Assembly (NCBI GenBank): GCA_945865605.1
Contig: CAMBEL010000004.1
Location: 396-64,395, forward strand
DNA from: Bifidobacterium breve
Lineage (GTDB): Bacteria > Actinomycetota > Acidimicrobiia > IMCC26256 > JAENVU01
Direction: 5' to 3'
DNA: 64,000 bases
This document shows, piece by piece, positions 1 to 11,040 of this stretch; the first letter of the stretch is position 1; each line of letters begins with the position of its first letter. A program made the position numbers and the translations under genes. The notes below the pieces were generated by a model that saw only the letters and a program-made list of their open reading frames with translations, ran no database searches and was not told the origin of the DNA.

Positions 1-323
1 GTGGGCCAACAACACTTGCGAACCTGCACCGCCTGTGTCATCACCATCACAGACAAAAGCACAGAGACAATGCGCGCCTTATAGGTACTGGTTCAGAGAT
101 GAGCCTCATGCCAGCGCCAAGACCACCGCCATGACACGCCGCCGTAACGCGCGGGCCATGACACCCCCGCCCCCCAACCCCGGGGCGCTAGTCGTTTAGA
201 GCACCGCCACCGTGCATTCTGCGACAAACGGTTGAAGTGGGCGAGGTGCGCTCGTGAGGGAATGCACCTCCCAATTGAACAAGCCGTGGGCTACACGACA
301 AACGGTGAAATGGGTAGGGTTTG

Positions 324-404
324 TGGGCCCGGGAGGATTCGAACCTCCGAAGCTTGCGCAACTGGTTTACAGCCAGTCCCCTTTGGCCACTTGGGTACAG
401 ACCC
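324..404 (-). tRNA. tRNA-Tyr (anticodon GTA)
   Basis: Reverse complement reads GGGTCTG-TA-CCCAAGTGGCCAAAGGGG-ACTGG-CTGTAAA-CCAGT-(long variable arm)-GGAGG-TTCGAAT-CCTCC-CGGGCCC-A. It has a 7-bp acceptor stem with two G-U pairs, a canonical T-loop and a class II variable arm as in bacterial tRNA-Tyr. The 3-prime CCA is not encoded. Confidence 0.85.
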
Positions 405-457
405 CGGGGGCACATTAGCAGCCACCCTTTCGTCCTCACCCTGGAGTACCGACACCG

Positions 458-946
458 ATGCCCACTTTTGACGTTGTATCCGAGATCGACATGCAAGAGG
501 TACGCAACGCAGTCGATCAAGCCGCGCGTGAGATCGGTACGCGCTACGACTTCAAAGGAACCGACTCGTCAATCGAGTACAAGGAATCGACCATCGAGTT
601 GCACACCGAAAGCGAGTCACGCCTAACCGCGCTCACACAGGTGCTCGAAGAAAAGATCGTGCGGCGCAAGCTCTCTCTCAAGGCGCTCTCATACGGCAAG
701 ATCGAAGAAGCCTCCAAGGGCACCGTTCGCCAAGTCGTGACCCTGCAGGTCGGAATCAACGACGAGAAGGCGCGCGAAGTTGGCAAGTTCATCAAGGCGA
801 TGGGAATCAAAGGTCTCTCGCATCAAGTACAAGGAAACCAACTACGGGTGAGCGGTAAAAAGCGCGATGACCTTCAAGATGTCATAGCGGCATTGCGCGA
901 ACACGACTTCGGCATCCCATTGCAATTCGAAAACTTCCGAGACTGA
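458..946 (+). CDS. yajQ: YajQ-family nucleotide / cyclic-di-GMP-binding protein (UPF0234)
   Basis: 162-aa ORF. The N-terminus MPTFDVVSEIDMQEVRNAVDQA and C-terminus LQFENFRD are typical of the YajQ family. GGAG lies about 12 nt upstream of the ATG. Confidence 0.85.
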   Translation: MPTFDVVSEIDMQEVRNAVDQAAREIGTRYDFKGTDSSIEYKESTIELHTESESRLTALTQVLEEKIVRRKLSLKALSYGKIEEASKGTVRQVVTLQVGINDEKAREVGKFIKAMGIKGLSHQVQGNQLRVSGKKRDDLQDVIAALREHDFGIPLQFENFRD

Positions 947-950
947 ACTC

Positions 951-1442
951 TCAGCCGTAATAACCCGAATGGAAGTAGATGCAGGGAACACCTTCTGCGC
1001 GCAACATTTCGACGTTGCGACGATCATCCTCGATGGCTAGCCGGAGCCGGAAGCCATACGACCTCAAGTCCCAAACCGTGGACTGCTTGAATTCTCGCGA
1101 TACCTCGTAGTCGCCCCACGGCCGCATGATCAGCAAATCCCAACGGATGCCATAGTGCCGCAGCCACGCTTCCGTTAGATGATGCACGCGTTGCGGCCGA
1201 GCAGTTAGCAGAACCACGTTCATCGAAGGATCCAAGAGGTCGAGCATTACTCGCACCTCTTCAATCACAGGGTCGGCTCCACATGCGTCAAAAAAGGCGC
1301 GCCAATCGCTGCGCGGTGCTTCGATGTAATGCTGGCGAATCGTGGCATCGGATAGCACACCATCGATGTCGACAACCACAGCCGGACCAGGCTCGATTGG
1401 AGCGTCTCGCCATGTCCAATGCTCGGGCGGCGTCTTAGCCAT
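951..1442 (-). CDS. HAD-superfamily phosphatase-like protein
   Basis: 163 aa. HAD motif I DIDGVLSD lies near the N-terminus, followed by LLTARP and an acidic EDD motif. Family-level call only. Confidence 0.55.
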   Translation of the reverse strand: MAKTPPEHWTWRDAPIEPGPAVVVDIDGVLSDATIRQHYIEAPRSDWRAFFDACGADPVIEEVRVMLDLLDPSMNVVLLTARPQRVHHLTEAWLRHYGIRWDLLIMRPWGDYEVSREFKQSTVWDLRSYGFRLRLAIEDDRRNVEMLRAEGVPCIYFHSGYYG

Positions 1443-1457
1443 GCGCCCGATACTTAC

Positions 1458-3419
1458 TCATGCGTCATCGTCTGTTGAATCGGCGGCGTAGAGAGCTTTG
1501 ATGCCGGCCACTACGTTCGGATCAGCCAGTGTCGTCGTGTCGCCCAACGATTCGTCTTCTGCAACATTGCGCAGCAAGCGACGCATGATCTTGCCTGACC
1601 GCGTCTTGGGTAGATCATCTGTGAACAACACCGATTGCGGCTTCGCTATCGGCCCGATCTGTTCCGCTACGTGCGCGCGGAGTTCAGCGACGAGTTCTTG
1701 ACTGGCTTCATATCCCGAGCGCAATGTCACAAACGCAGCGATCGCTTGACCGGTCGTTTCGTGTGTCTTGCCTACCACCGCAGCCTCAGCTACTGCAGGA
1801 TGCGAGACCAATGCCGATTCAACCTCTGTCGTTGAGATGTTGTGGCCCGCCACAAGCATGATGTCGTCTACGCGGCCAAGAAGCCAGAAGTAGCCATCCC
1901 CATCGCGCTTCGCTCCATCGCCTGCGAAGTATTTCTTGTCGAACCGTGACCAGTACGTGTCGATGTATCGCTGCGGATCACCCCAAACGCCTCGCAACAT
2001 CGATGGCCAAGGATGCGTAAGCACCAAGTAGCCGCCACCTGGGATACCGACGGGTTCACCGTCGTCTCCGACAATGTCTGCGCCGATACCTGGAAGTGGA
2101 AACGTCGCGCTACCCGGCTTCGCCACCGTCTTTCCCGGCAGCGGGCTAATCATGATGGCTCCCGTCTCGGTCTGCCACCAAGTGTCAACGACTGGACATC
2201 GCGACCCTCCGATGTTTTCGAAATACCAGACCCATGCTTCGGGATTGATCGGCTCACCTACGGAACCGAGTAGCCGCAACGACGACAGGTCATGCCCTGC
2301 GGGGTATTCGCTGCCCCATTTCATAAACGTGCGGATTGCCGTTGGAGCGGTATAGAGCGTGGTCACCTTGTATTTCTCGATGATTTGCCAGAAGCGATCT
2401 TTGTCGGGGAAGTCCGGTGTGCCTTCATACATGACACTCGTCGCTCGGTTCGCGAGCGGGCCGTACACGATGTACGAGTGCCCTGTCACCCAACCACAGT
2501 CTGCCGTGCACCAGAAAACATCTGTTTCGGGATGCAGATCAAAGACGTACTTGTGGGTGAACGCGACCTGCGTTAGGTATCCACCCGTCGTGTGCATGAT
2601 TCCCTTGGGACTACCGGTGGTACCACTCGTGTAAAGCAGGAACAAAAGATCTTCAGCGTCCATCGACTCAGGAACACACTCGTCGGACTGCGATGGGACA
2701 AGGTCGTGCCACCACACGTCGCGTCCATCAATCATCGCGACTCCGTCGTGACCTGTACGCCGCAAGACAAGGCACTTCTCGATGGCAGGCGTCCCGGACA
2801 TCGCATCATCTGCGATCGCCTTCAACCCGACGATTCCACCCCTTCTCCACGCGCCATCGCCAGTTATCAATACCTTGGCTTCGGCATCATTGATGCGTGC
2901 ACGCAAAGAATCGGCTGTGAAGCCACCAAACACGACGGAGTGCACTGCTCCGATGCGCGCGCAAGCCAGCATCGCAACCGCCAACTCAGGCACCATACCC
3001 ATATAGATGGCAACGCGATCACCCTTCTCGACCCCCAACGACTTGAGAGCATTGGCGGTGCGGCAAACCTCTGCCAGCATCTCTGTGTAACTGATGACGC
3101 GCGAATCGCCTGGCTCACCTTCCCAGTGGAAAGCGACTTGATCACCGTGGCCAGAAATGACATGGCGATCTAGGCAGTTGTAAGAAACATTGAGCTTGCC
3201 ACCCAAGAACCACTTAGCGAATGGCTGTTTCCACTCGAGAACGGTGTGAAAGTCGACGTCCCAGTCGAGTAATTCAGTCGCTTGCGCGGCCCAGAAACTT
3301 TCGAAATCGGCATCTGCTGCGAACGTGCCGTCAACAACAAGCGCATTGGACACGAACTCCATCGATGGAGCGAAGAGGCGATCCTCCTCGAGCAGTCCTT
3401 CAAGCGTCACGTCGTCCAT
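1458..3419 (-). CDS. acs: acetyl-CoA synthetase (acetate--CoA ligase)
   Basis: About 650 aa with the AMP-binding motif YTSGTTGSPKG. Acs-type blocks WWQTETG and the C-terminal PKTRSGKIMRRLLR are present. The track ORF starts at TTG 3434; ATG at 3419 is preferred because GGAGG lies just upstream. Confidence 0.92.
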   Translation of the reverse strand: MDDVTLEGLLEEDRLFAPSMEFVSNALVVDGTFAADADFESFWAAQATELLDWDVDFHTVLEWKQPFAKWFLGGKLNVSYNCLDRHVISGHGDQVAFHWEGEPGDSRVISYTEMLAEVCRTANALKSLGVEKGDRVAIYMGMVPELAVAMLACARIGAVHSVVFGGFTADSLRARINDAEAKVLITGDGAWRRGGIVGLKAIADDAMSGTPAIEKCLVLRRTGHDGVAMIDGRDVWWHDLVPSQSDECVPESMDAEDLLFLLYTSGTTGSPKGIMHTTGGYLTQVAFTHKYVFDLHPETDVFWCTADCGWVTGHSYIVYGPLANRATSVMYEGTPDFPDKDRFWQIIEKYKVTTLYTAPTAIRTFMKWGSEYPAGHDLSSLRLLGSVGEPINPEAWVWYFENIGGSRCPVVDTWWQTETGAIMISPLPGKTVAKPGSATFPLPGIGADIVGDDGEPVGIPGGGYLVLTHPWPSMLRGVWGDPQRYIDTYWSRFDKKYFAGDGAKRDGDGYFWLLGRVDDIMLVAGHNISTTEVESALVSHPAVAEAAVVGKTHETTGQAIAAFVTLRSGYEASQELVAELRAHVAEQIGPIAKPQSVLFTDDLPKTRSGKIMRRLLRNVAEDESLGDTTTLADPNVVAGIKALYAADSTDDDA

Positions 3420-3512
3420 TGTGCCTCCATTCAATGCGCGGTGGTAACGCGCGACATTCGGGACCGGAGATTACCTGCATGCATTTCGTTTAAGAGGAAC
3501 GAGACCGATTAA

Positions 3513-4664
3513 TCAGATCCCCTTAGTGAACACCTCTACCGTGTGAGCCCCAAGCCCTGTCGGATCCGTCAATGCTGTCGCCTCAGAGATTCGACTGAGT
3601 CCGGCGAGAGCTTCTAGATCGCCGCGCGCGGCTCCCACTTCCCATGTTGCCCACCCTTCTGCAACCAGAGCATCGATGCCTAGCTCTCGGAGCCAGTCGG
3701 CTTGCGTGGTTTCCGCTGCGTGCGTTAGTCCAACGCGACGAGCTGCGCGGCGCAGTGGTTCAAGCAATACATCCGCCGTGATGTCCTGACTCCCCGGAGC
3801 TTCGAGCGGATCACCACCGGAACCGTGTGCGCGATAGGTACGCAACCACCCTCTACCCCTGCCGACCATCGTTTCGATGTCCGCTGCGTAATCGATGAGC
3901 ACAATCGCTCCTCTACGCATCGGTCCAGCAACGGCTTCGAGCCATGCCTCAATAGCGCGCTGCACCGGAAGGCGCGCACCGACGGGAGCATCGATGCCGA
4001 GCATCCACTCTCCGAGTTCATCGGATACAGGGATCGGTACTTCTAGAAATTTTCCCTCGTCATCAACGCCAACTCGTATCTCGTCCCAACCCCTACCGGT
4101 GCGTTCCACTACGTCGAAGGCAAGGTTGTCGAGAAGTTCGTTTGCAATCACTACTCCATCAAACACGGTCGCAGGAAGTGCATCGAGAGCCGTGACAATC
4201 GGACCGGTTCCCGCGATCCGTTCTACGGGTTCACCGTCGCCAACAGGCTCCGAAGGTCCTAGCGCATACTCAACGGGTTCAATCTCGATGCGTGCGTGCT
4301 GCTCTTCGCGCAATACCGCGCTGCGTTCCACCAACACGTAACGCAACGCTTGCGCGCAATCAGGAACGGATCGCAAAACGTCTCGGCACAAACGCCCATT
4401 GCCAGCGCCGGCCTCGATCACCAAAAACGGGTCCGGTTCCTTCATCAAATGCCAGTAATTATTTATGGCGAGCCCAACACAATGGCCAAACAACGGTCCC
4501 ACTTCAGGACTTGTCAGGAAGTCTGCACCAGCTCGCCCAGCACCGCCTCCCGTCGCAAAAAACCCATAACCGGGTTCGTATAGCGCGGCATCAACGAACG
4601 TCGAGAACGGAATCGGACCCACCCGATGGATTCGTTCTACTAGCCCGGAGAACGAGCTGCTCAC
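3513..4664 (-). CDS. MidA / NDUFAF7-family SAM-dependent methyltransferase (DUF185)
   Basis: Signature FFATGGGAGRAGADFLTSPEVGPLFG followed by the SAM-binding-like VIEAGAGNGRL. The long track ORF (to 4835) overlaps nuoN out of frame. A GTG at 4664, 14 nt after the nuoN stop, is the most plausible start; this start is uncertain. Confidence 0.75.
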   Translation of the reverse strand: MSSSFSGLVERIHRVGPIPFSTFVDAALYEPGYGFFATGGGAGRAGADFLTSPEVGPLFGHCVGLAINNYWHLMKEPDPFLVIEAGAGNGRLCRDVLRSVPDCAQALRYVLVERSAVLREEQHARIEIEPVEYALGPSEPVGDGEPVERIAGTGPIVTALDALPATVFDGVVIANELLDNLAFDVVERTGRGWDEIRVGVDDEGKFLEVPIPVSDELGEWMLGIDAPVGARLPVQRAIEAWLEAVAGPMRRGAIVLIDYAADIETMVGRGRGWLRTYRAHGSGGDPLEAPGSQDITADVLLEPLRRAARRVGLTHAAETTQADWLRELGIDALVAEGWATWEVGAARGDLEALAGLSRISEATALTDPTGLGAHTVEVFTKGI

Positions 4665-4678
4665 GTTGAGACAGCCCG

Positions 4679-6142
4679 TCAGCCGCCGGCGGCGAAGTCG
4701 CCGAGAAACGCAAAAGCCTGGGGATAAACACCGACCGCGAGCACGATCACCCCACAAACACCCATCGCAAAGGTGAGCGCTATCGGCATCTGAACGGGAG
4801 ACGCGTCGGCATCTTCGCGTACCGAATGGAACCACATCTCCCGCGCAACCCGTGCGTAATAGAAGAACGCGATTACCGAACTGACCGCTGCTATTACTCC
4901 CAGCACCGTCGCAGCAGGTGTGCCAGCTTCAAGCACCGATCGGAACATCACGAACTTGGCGAACCAACCAGCGAAAGGCGGCACACCTGCCAATGAAAAC
5001 ATGAACACGCTCATCAACAGCGCCAACCATGGCGCATACGAACCTAGACCTGCATACGACTCGATCTCGGCACTTTTCGTGCGCCGCGCCAAAGTGATAA
5101 CTACCGCAAACGCACCCAGGTTCATAGCGCCATAGATGAGCAAATAGATGATTACTGCTTCGAACGATGCCTTCGCGGCACCACCATCGGCGGCTACTGC
5201 GAATGGAACAAGCAGGAAACCACCTTGCGCGATCGATGAATAAGCAAGCATCCGGACGATATTGGTTTGGCGCAATGCTGCGAGGTTGCCAAGCAGCATG
5301 GATGCTGCGGCGAGAACCCAGATGACAGGCTGCCATGTATCAGGAGCGTCGAAGAAACCGAAATACACGATGGTCAGTAACGCGACAAAGCCACCCGCCT
5401 TAGAGGCGACAGAAAGATAAGCCGTAACAGGGGTCGGTGCTCCCTCGTAAGTATCTGGCGCCCAAAAGTGGAATGGCACCGCACTTACCTTGAATGCGAA
5501 ACCGACGAGCGTAAGGAACACGGCGACGATTAACAACGGTTCGTCGATGGAGGCAACCTTGGTCGAGATCTCGGAAAGCAAGGTAGATCCGGTAAGTCCA
5601 AATACCAGCGACATGCCGTACAACATCAGTGCCGATGAGATCACGCCGATCAGGTAGTACTTGATCGACGCCTCGTTCGACTTGCGGTCATGTTTCCGCC
5701 AACCCGCCATTACAAATGTCGGAATTGAAATCGTCTCTAGTGCCACGAAGATGCTGATCATGTCTCTTGCTGTCGTCATCACCAACATGCCCAACAGCGA
5801 GGTCAACATCAACACATAGAACTCACCTTGGTAGTAATCGCCATCGCCGATGTAATCGACAGAAATCAAAAGCGTGATGTACGTAGCGACTAGGAAAAAC
5901 CCCTGCATCGTGAGCGCGTATGGGTCCACGACGATTGCACCGCCGAACATCACACGGGTGCCACCGTCCACGGCGAGCGTCACGACAGGGACCATCGCAG
6001 CGAGCACGCCGAAGGTCGCGAATTGTGACGTGCGGAAGCGTCCGCGATATTCGAAGAAGAAGTCGGCGAACAGCACAACAACGATCGTGATCACAATCAC
6101 GATCAGCGGCGCTAACGCATGGAAATCCCAACCGGGATTCAT
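4679..6142 (-). CDS. nuoN: NADH-quinone oxidoreductase subunit N (operon 1, EFG-less set)
   Basis: 487-aa polytopic membrane protein with the antiporter-like block FHFWAPDTYEGAPTPVTAYL. It is the last nuo gene of the operon. Confidence 0.9.
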   Translation of the reverse strand: MNPGWDFHALAPLIVIVITIVVVLFADFFFEYRGRFRTSQFATFGVLAAMVPVVTLAVDGGTRVMFGGAIVVDPYALTMQGFFLVATYITLLISVDYIGDGDYYQGEFYVLMLTSLLGMLVMTTARDMISIFVALETISIPTFVMAGWRKHDRKSNEASIKYYLIGVISSALMLYGMSLVFGLTGSTLLSEISTKVASIDEPLLIVAVFLTLVGFAFKVSAVPFHFWAPDTYEGAPTPVTAYLSVASKAGGFVALLTIVYFGFFDAPDTWQPVIWVLAAASMLLGNLAALRQTNIVRMLAYSSIAQGGFLLVPFAVAADGGAAKASFEAVIIYLLIYGAMNLGAFAVVITLARRTKSAEIESYAGLGSYAPWLALLMSVFMFSLAGVPPFAGWFAKFVMFRSVLEAGTPAATVLGVIAAVSSVIAFFYYARVAREMWFHSVREDADASPVQMPIALTFAMGVCGVIVLAVGVYPQAFAFLGDFAAGG

Positions 6143-6146
6143 GGCC

Positions 6147-7655
6147 TCATCCGCCGTACAGCTTCATGACAGCACCGTTGGTGATACCAAATATTGCTTG
6201 CGGATAAATTCCGAATACCACGATGCCGATCAACATCGGCGACCAAGCGAGCCACTCGATCTTGGAAACATCATGAATGTGCGCTTCGGCGAACTCGGGT
6301 TTCGGCGTTCCAAAGGCGACGCGTTGGTACATCCAAAGCAAGTATCCGGCCGCGAGAACCGTGCCTATGGCGGCGACAACCATGAAAATTCGGAATGTAG
6401 TCACATCTAGACCCGGAGCCGGTTGATATGCCGAAAGAACCGCTGGGAACTCACCCCAGAATCCGGCTAATCCCGGAAGTCCGAGCGATGCCATCACACA
6501 GAACCCAAATATCCAGCCCATCTTTGGAGCCGAAGTTAGAAGCCCGCCCAGACGGCTCAACTCACGTGTCCCGTAGTTGTGCTGTACGGAACCGGCGACG
6601 AAGAACAACATTCCTGTGATGAGTCCGTGCGCAACCATGCCGAAGATGGCCGCGTTTATGCCGAAGGCAGTGAGAGTCGCGATGCCGAGCATGACAAACC
6701 CCATGTGGGACACCGACGAAAACGCAATGAGGCGTTTCATGTCCGTCTGCGCAAGGCAACACAATGCGCCGTAGATAATACCTACGACTGCGAGCAGACC
6801 AATCCATGGTGCCCATGTCTCAGCGGCATGCGGCAATGTCGGCAATGCGATGCGGATGAACCCGTAAGCACCAAGCTTCAGGAGAACGGCCGCCAGCAGC
6901 ACGGAGCCAACTGTTGGAGCTTCAGTATGTGCGTCTGGGAGCCAAGTGTGGAACGGGAACATTGGCACCTTGATCGCGAAACCAAGAAATAGACCAAGAA
7001 AGATCAGGTTCTGTGTGTTGTGCGCAATATCAATTCCGGCTTTCGCCGTAAGCGAGGGGATCTGGAACGTTCCAGCGAGGAAGAACAGCGCCAGGAATCC
7101 CAAGAGCATGAGTGCTGATCCGAACAGCGTGAACAAGAAAAACTTGATCGATGCATACTCGCGGTTCGGTCCTCCCCAAACACCGATCATGAAGAACATC
7201 GGCAGCAAAACGATCTCGAAGAAGACGAAGAAGAGGATCAGATCTTCTGCAAGGAACGTGCCGTTCATTCCGACTTCGAGTAGCAGAATGAGCGCGAGCA
7301 GCCCTTTCGGGTTATGCGGTTCAGGGAAGTGATTCCACGAGTAGACGATGCACAGAACTGTTACGACCATCGAGAGAATGAGCATCGGGAGTGAGATGCC
7401 ATCTACACCGAGGTGGTACCGAGCCTGGATCAGATCAATCCACGAATCGTTGACGCGGAACTGCATTACTCCCGTGTTGGAGTAGTCGAAGTCCGCGAGG
7501 ATCCCTATACCTACGGCGAGCGTGACAAGGGAAGTCAACAGCGCCACAAGCTTGATGGCGTTCTCCTTGGCGCGCGGGATGAACAGGATGATGACCATCC
7601 CGATAGCGGGTAAGAAGATCGCAAGGGTCAGCGCCCAATCCTGGAACCAGTTCAT
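6147..7655 (-). CDS. nuoM: NADH-quinone oxidoreductase subunit M (operon 1)
   Basis: Contains the block FPFHTWLPDAHTEAPTVGSVLLA. ATG at 7655 is preceded by AGGAGA and follows the nuoL stop at 7669. The longer track ORF to 7730 overlaps nuoL. Confidence 0.9.
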   Translation of the reverse strand: MNWFQDWALTLAIFLPAIGMVIILFIPRAKENAIKLVALLTSLVTLAVGIGILADFDYSNTGVMQFRVNDSWIDLIQARYHLGVDGISLPMLILSMVVTVLCIVYSWNHFPEPHNPKGLLALILLLEVGMNGTFLAEDLILFFVFFEIVLLPMFFMIGVWGGPNREYASIKFFLFTLFGSALMLLGFLALFFLAGTFQIPSLTAKAGIDIAHNTQNLIFLGLFLGFAIKVPMFPFHTWLPDAHTEAPTVGSVLLAAVLLKLGAYGFIRIALPTLPHAAETWAPWIGLLAVVGIIYGALCCLAQTDMKRLIAFSSVSHMGFVMLGIATLTAFGINAAIFGMVAHGLITGMLFFVAGSVQHNYGTRELSRLGGLLTSAPKMGWIFGFCVMASLGLPGLAGFWGEFPAVLSAYQPAPGLDVTTFRIFMVVAAIGTVLAAGYLLWMYQRVAFGTPKPEFAEAHIHDVSKIEWLAWSPMLIGIVVFGIYPQAIFGITNGAVMKLYGG

Positions 7656-7668
7656 TGCGCTTGTTCTC

Positions 7669-9741
7669 CTAGCTGAAGATGACGAGCGACAGGGCCAATA
7701 CCCCGACCGCTCCAAAAAGCATGAGCGCATAACGCTGCACGCGACCGGACTGTACGTATCGCAAGAGACCGCCTACGTTCCCCGTCTCTTGGGCAATGCT
7801 GTTGACTGCTTTGTCGACCACGTCTTGGTCTACAAAGCGATAGGTGAGACGACCGAGCGCGGCCGAGCCGCGCCCCGCCGCGTTGACAACTCCATCTATG
7901 ACGTTTTGATTCAACCAATACGCTGCCCTAGCAATCGGCCCCTTGATCCCGGCGACAATGCCTCGCTCGTAAAGGTGATCTAGGTAGTACTTGTTCATAA
8001 GGAACGAGTGACCGGCCTTCGCCGCGCCACTTCTATCGGTTAAACCCTTAAGCGCGCGCAACTCGCGCCGGTCTACCCAGAAAAACCCTCCAATGCCGAT
8101 AGCGATCACAACAATCGCGAACGACAGCGCTGCTAGAGCGACATCGAATTGTGGTGTCAACACTTCGGGGAACGCTTCTCCATGGGGCTCTATGTATTCC
8201 TTGAACTTCTCGATCCCAAACGCTGAGGCATTCGCGAGTCCTGCAAGAACACTGAATACTGCAAGGACAATCAGCGGGATGATGATGGGCTTCGGTGATT
8301 CGTGGGGATCTGCGTGGCCGCGGTACTCACCGAAGAACGAGAGCCAAACACAACGCGTCATGTATGCGGCGGTTAGGAAAGCGCCGACAAGTCCGACAAC
8401 CATAAAGATCTCATAGCCGCCTTGTCCGGCGGTTGCCAGGATTTCGTCCTTCGACCAGAAGCCGGCGAGCGGGAAAATCCCAGCCAGCGCGAATGAACCG
8501 ACCATGAACGTCCAGAATGTGACCGGCATGTGTTTCCTGAGGCCACCCATGTCCTTCTTCATATCGAAGGAGTGATGCGACCCAGAGTGAGCAATCGATC
8601 CTGCACCCAAGAATAGAAGTGCCTTGAAGAACGCATGCGTGAACAAGTGGAACACCGCGCCAACCCATGCGCCAATACCCAACGCCATCACCATGTACCC
8701 AAGTTGGCTGATGGTTGAGTACGCAAGCACCTTTTTGATGTCATCCTGCACGAAGGCAAGCGCAGCCCCGATAAGAATCGTGATCCCGCCGACCAGCGCC
8801 ATCGGGTTTACGCCGCCGTCTTCGATTGAGAACCCTTGCCAGAACACGCCGTACATACGCGCTCCGAGATACACACCTGCGACGACCATTGTTGCGGCGT
8901 GGATGAGAGCAGACACTGGGGTCGGCCCTGCCATTGCATCTGGCAACCACGTATGCAATGGGAACTGGCCGCTCTTACCGATTATCCCAACCAGCAAGCA
9001 CGAAGCGCCAACCATCCAGATGGTGTGTCCACCATGTCCTTCTAGGGCGAGCACGTTGATTTGAACTATGTCAAAGGTTTGGCCAGCTGCAAAGAAGGTG
9101 ACAATCACTCCGATCATGAGTCCTATGTCACCGGTACGCGTCGTTAAGAACGCCTTGAGCGCGGCATTCGTATTCTCCTTTTCTTCCCACCAATGGCCAA
9201 TGAGCATGAACGAACAAAGACCTACAAGTTCCCAACCTAGAAGTAGTTGCAATGTGTTTGGAGCAACGACCAGCGTGAGCATCGACGCCGTGAACAGCGA
9301 GAGCGCAGCGTAGAAGTACGTGTATCGAACATCACCGTGCATGTAGCTCGTCGAGTAGATGTGCACGAGTAACGAGATCAGAGTGACAACAAAGAGCATC
9401 ATCACGGCCAGGCCATCGATCTGTGTCCCGACAGCAACTTCTAAAGTGCCAATCCGAAACCACTCGACAGTGTTGATGACTGGCGTGATTGCAACGCCCT
9501 GTTCAGGATTGGCCAACAATCCCTTGCCGATGGCCCGAACTATCCCAAGCCCATGTTCACTAACGGTTTCGTCTACCCGCTGTATCCACTGGACGGCGAC
9601 GATGCACGACAGAACGAAGGAGCTTGCAATCGCCGCGATCCCAATCTCAGAACCTTGCCGCGGCATTTTCTTGCCAAAGAACAAGATCAGCGCGAAAGAG
9701 ACGACGGGGATAGCCGGAATGAGCCAGGCGAAATTCATCAT
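7669..9741 (-). CDS. nuoL: NADH-quinone oxidoreductase subunit L (operon 1)
   Basis: 690 aa with the block [28 protein letters not shown] and a long C-terminal region consistent with the lateral helix. Confidence 0.92.
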   Translation of the reverse strand: MMNFAWLIPAIPVVSFALILFFGKKMPRQGSEIGIAAIASSFVLSCIVAVQWIQRVDETVSEHGLGIVRAIGKGLLANPEQGVAITPVINTVEWFRIGTLEVAVGTQIDGLAVMMLFVVTLISLLVHIYSTSYMHGDVRYTYFYAALSLFTASMLTLVVAPNTLQLLLGWELVGLCSFMLIGHWWEEKENTNAALKAFLTTRTGDIGLMIGVIVTFFAAGQTFDIVQINVLALEGHGGHTIWMVGASCLLVGIIGKSGQFPLHTWLPDAMAGPTPVSALIHAATMVVAGVYLGARMYGVFWQGFSIEDGGVNPMALVGGITILIGAALAFVQDDIKKVLAYSTISQLGYMVMALGIGAWVGAVFHLFTHAFFKALLFLGAGSIAHSGSHHSFDMKKDMGGLRKHMPVTFWTFMVGSFALAGIFPLAGFWSKDEILATAGQGGYEIFMVVGLVGAFLTAAYMTRCVWLSFFGEYRGHADPHESPKPIIIPLIVLAVFSVLAGLANASAFGIEKFKEYIEPHGEAFPEVLTPQFDVALAALSFAIVVIAIGIGGFFWVDRRELRALKGLTDRSGAAKAGHSFLMNKYYLDHLYERGIVAGIKGPIARAAYWLNQNVIDGVVNAAGRGSAALGRLTYRFVDQDVVDKAVNSIAQETGNVGGLLRYVQSGRVQRYALMLFGAVGVLALSLVIFS

Positions 9742-9746
9742 GTTCG

Positions 9747-10046
9747 TCAGCCGCTCATCTGGTCTAGTTGGTCAAGATCAGGACTTGAAATGTTGCGATA
9801 AATCAAAAGCACGATCGCGAGGCCTACCCCAACCTCTGCGGCGGCGATGGTAATTACAAACAGCGCGAACACTTGGCCCGACGTCTCGCGCAGGTATGCA
9901 GAAAATGTAATCAGGTTGATATTGACTGCGTTCAACATGAGCTCGACACTCATCAGCACGAGCACTCCATTACGGCGAGCAAGAACTCCGTAAACACCAA
10001 TGCAGAACAGCACGGCCGCTAACACCAGGAACTGCGCGACCATCAT
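9747..10046 (-). CDS. nuoK: NADH-quinone oxidoreductase subunit K (operon 1)
   Basis: 99 aa with 3 TM segments. Contains the motif [10 protein letters not shown] ... [12 protein letters not shown]. Confidence 0.9.
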   Translation of the reverse strand: MMVAQFLVLAAVLFCIGVYGVLARRNGVLVLMSVELMLNAVNINLITFSAYLRETSGQVFALFVITIAAAEVGVGLAIVLLIYRNISSPDLDQLDQMSG

Positions 10047-10561
10047 CAGTCTCTCCTCGCGAGCACGACTGCTCCGATGAGCGAAGCCAAGAGCAGTATT
10101 GACACAAGTTCAAATGGCAGCACGTAGGTCGAGAAGATCGACTCCGCAAGCGTGCCAGCCCGGCCGTTGTTGACCAGCTCTGAACCTTGTGGTCCGGTGA
10201 TGTCTATCTTCGAATCACCGAAAGCCTGGATCAACAGCGTGGACAACACACCGAGGAGGAATAGCGCCACCACCGCGCCCGCTAGCCGCTGGTCGTTGTC
10301 AAGGCTGAGGTCTTCGCGCATCGGAGCACGCGTGAGCATGATGCCGAACAGGAACAAGATGATTACAGCGCCGATGTAGATCAACACCTGGACCCACGCA
10401 ACGAACTCTGCTGCCAGGAGAATGAACTGCGCCGCCGAACCGGCGAGTACTACGACTAGATAAAGCGCGGCATGCACGAGGTTGTTGGAACGGACTACGC
10501 CGATCGCAGCGAGAACCATCGCGACAGCCAGGATCCAGAAGACAACGTTTTGAGCAATCAC
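10046..10561 (-). CDS. nuoJ: NADH-quinone oxidoreductase subunit J (operon 1)
   Basis: 171-aa membrane protein between nuoI and nuoK, with start and stop overlaps to both neighbours. Confidence 0.85.
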   Translation of the reverse strand: MIAQNVVFWILAVAMVLAAIGVVRSNNLVHAALYLVVVLAGSAAQFILLAAEFVAWVQVLIYIGAVIILFLFGIMLTRAPMREDLSLDNDQRLAGAVVALFLLGVLSTLLIQAFGDSKIDITGPQGSELVNNGRAGTLAESIFSTYVLPFELVSILLLASLIGAVVLARRD

Positions 10562-11040
10562 TTCTTCTTCACTTCCGCGCCAATTTCAAGTGGCTCGGGT
10601 TCATGCACGCCTGACATCCACTCACCGAGTTTGGTTTTGTCATGCAGCAAATCTGCGATATTCGGCTCGGAATACTCGTACTCGGGGCTCCAGAACAAAG
10701 CGTCGAACGGACAAACCTCAACGCATATCCCGCAGTACATACAGAGCCCGTAGTCAATATCGAATCGATCTAAGAGGCTGACCGCCCGAGGCTGACCGCC
10801 TTCTCTGCGCGGAGGACGTTGTTCTTTATGTCCTTCGATATATATGCACCAGTCCGGGCATTGACGCGCGCACAGCATGCAGACAGTGCAGTTCTCTTCC
10901 TTGAGTGCAATGACTCCACGCGCGCGCGGCGGCGGGTCTTCGCGTTCGTGTGGATACTGCACCGTTACCGCTGGTTTCATCATGGTGCGGAACGTCACAC
11001 CGAGTCCGCTAATGACTCCTGGGATCTTTAGTTTCTTCAT
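10558..11040 (-). CDS. nuoI: NADH-quinone oxidoreductase subunit I (operon 1)
   Basis: 160 aa with two ferredoxin-type motifs, [12 protein letters not shown] and [12 protein letters not shown]. Confidence 0.92.
   Translation of the reverse strand: MKKLKIPGVISGLGVTFRTMMKPAVTVQYPHEREDPPPRARGVIALKEENCTVCMLCARQCPDWCIYIEGHKEQRPPRREGGQPRAVSLLDRFDIDYGLCMYCGICVEVCPFDALFWSPEYEYSEPNIADLLHDKTKLGEWMSGVHEPEPLEIGAEVKKK

Noticed and set aside
1-187. Possible 3-prime end of a gene entering from the left. Frame 1 reads VGQQHLRTCTACVITITDKSTETMRAL then a stop.
   Set aside because: It is only 27 codons with no recognisable motif and no upstream context, so coding cannot be supported.
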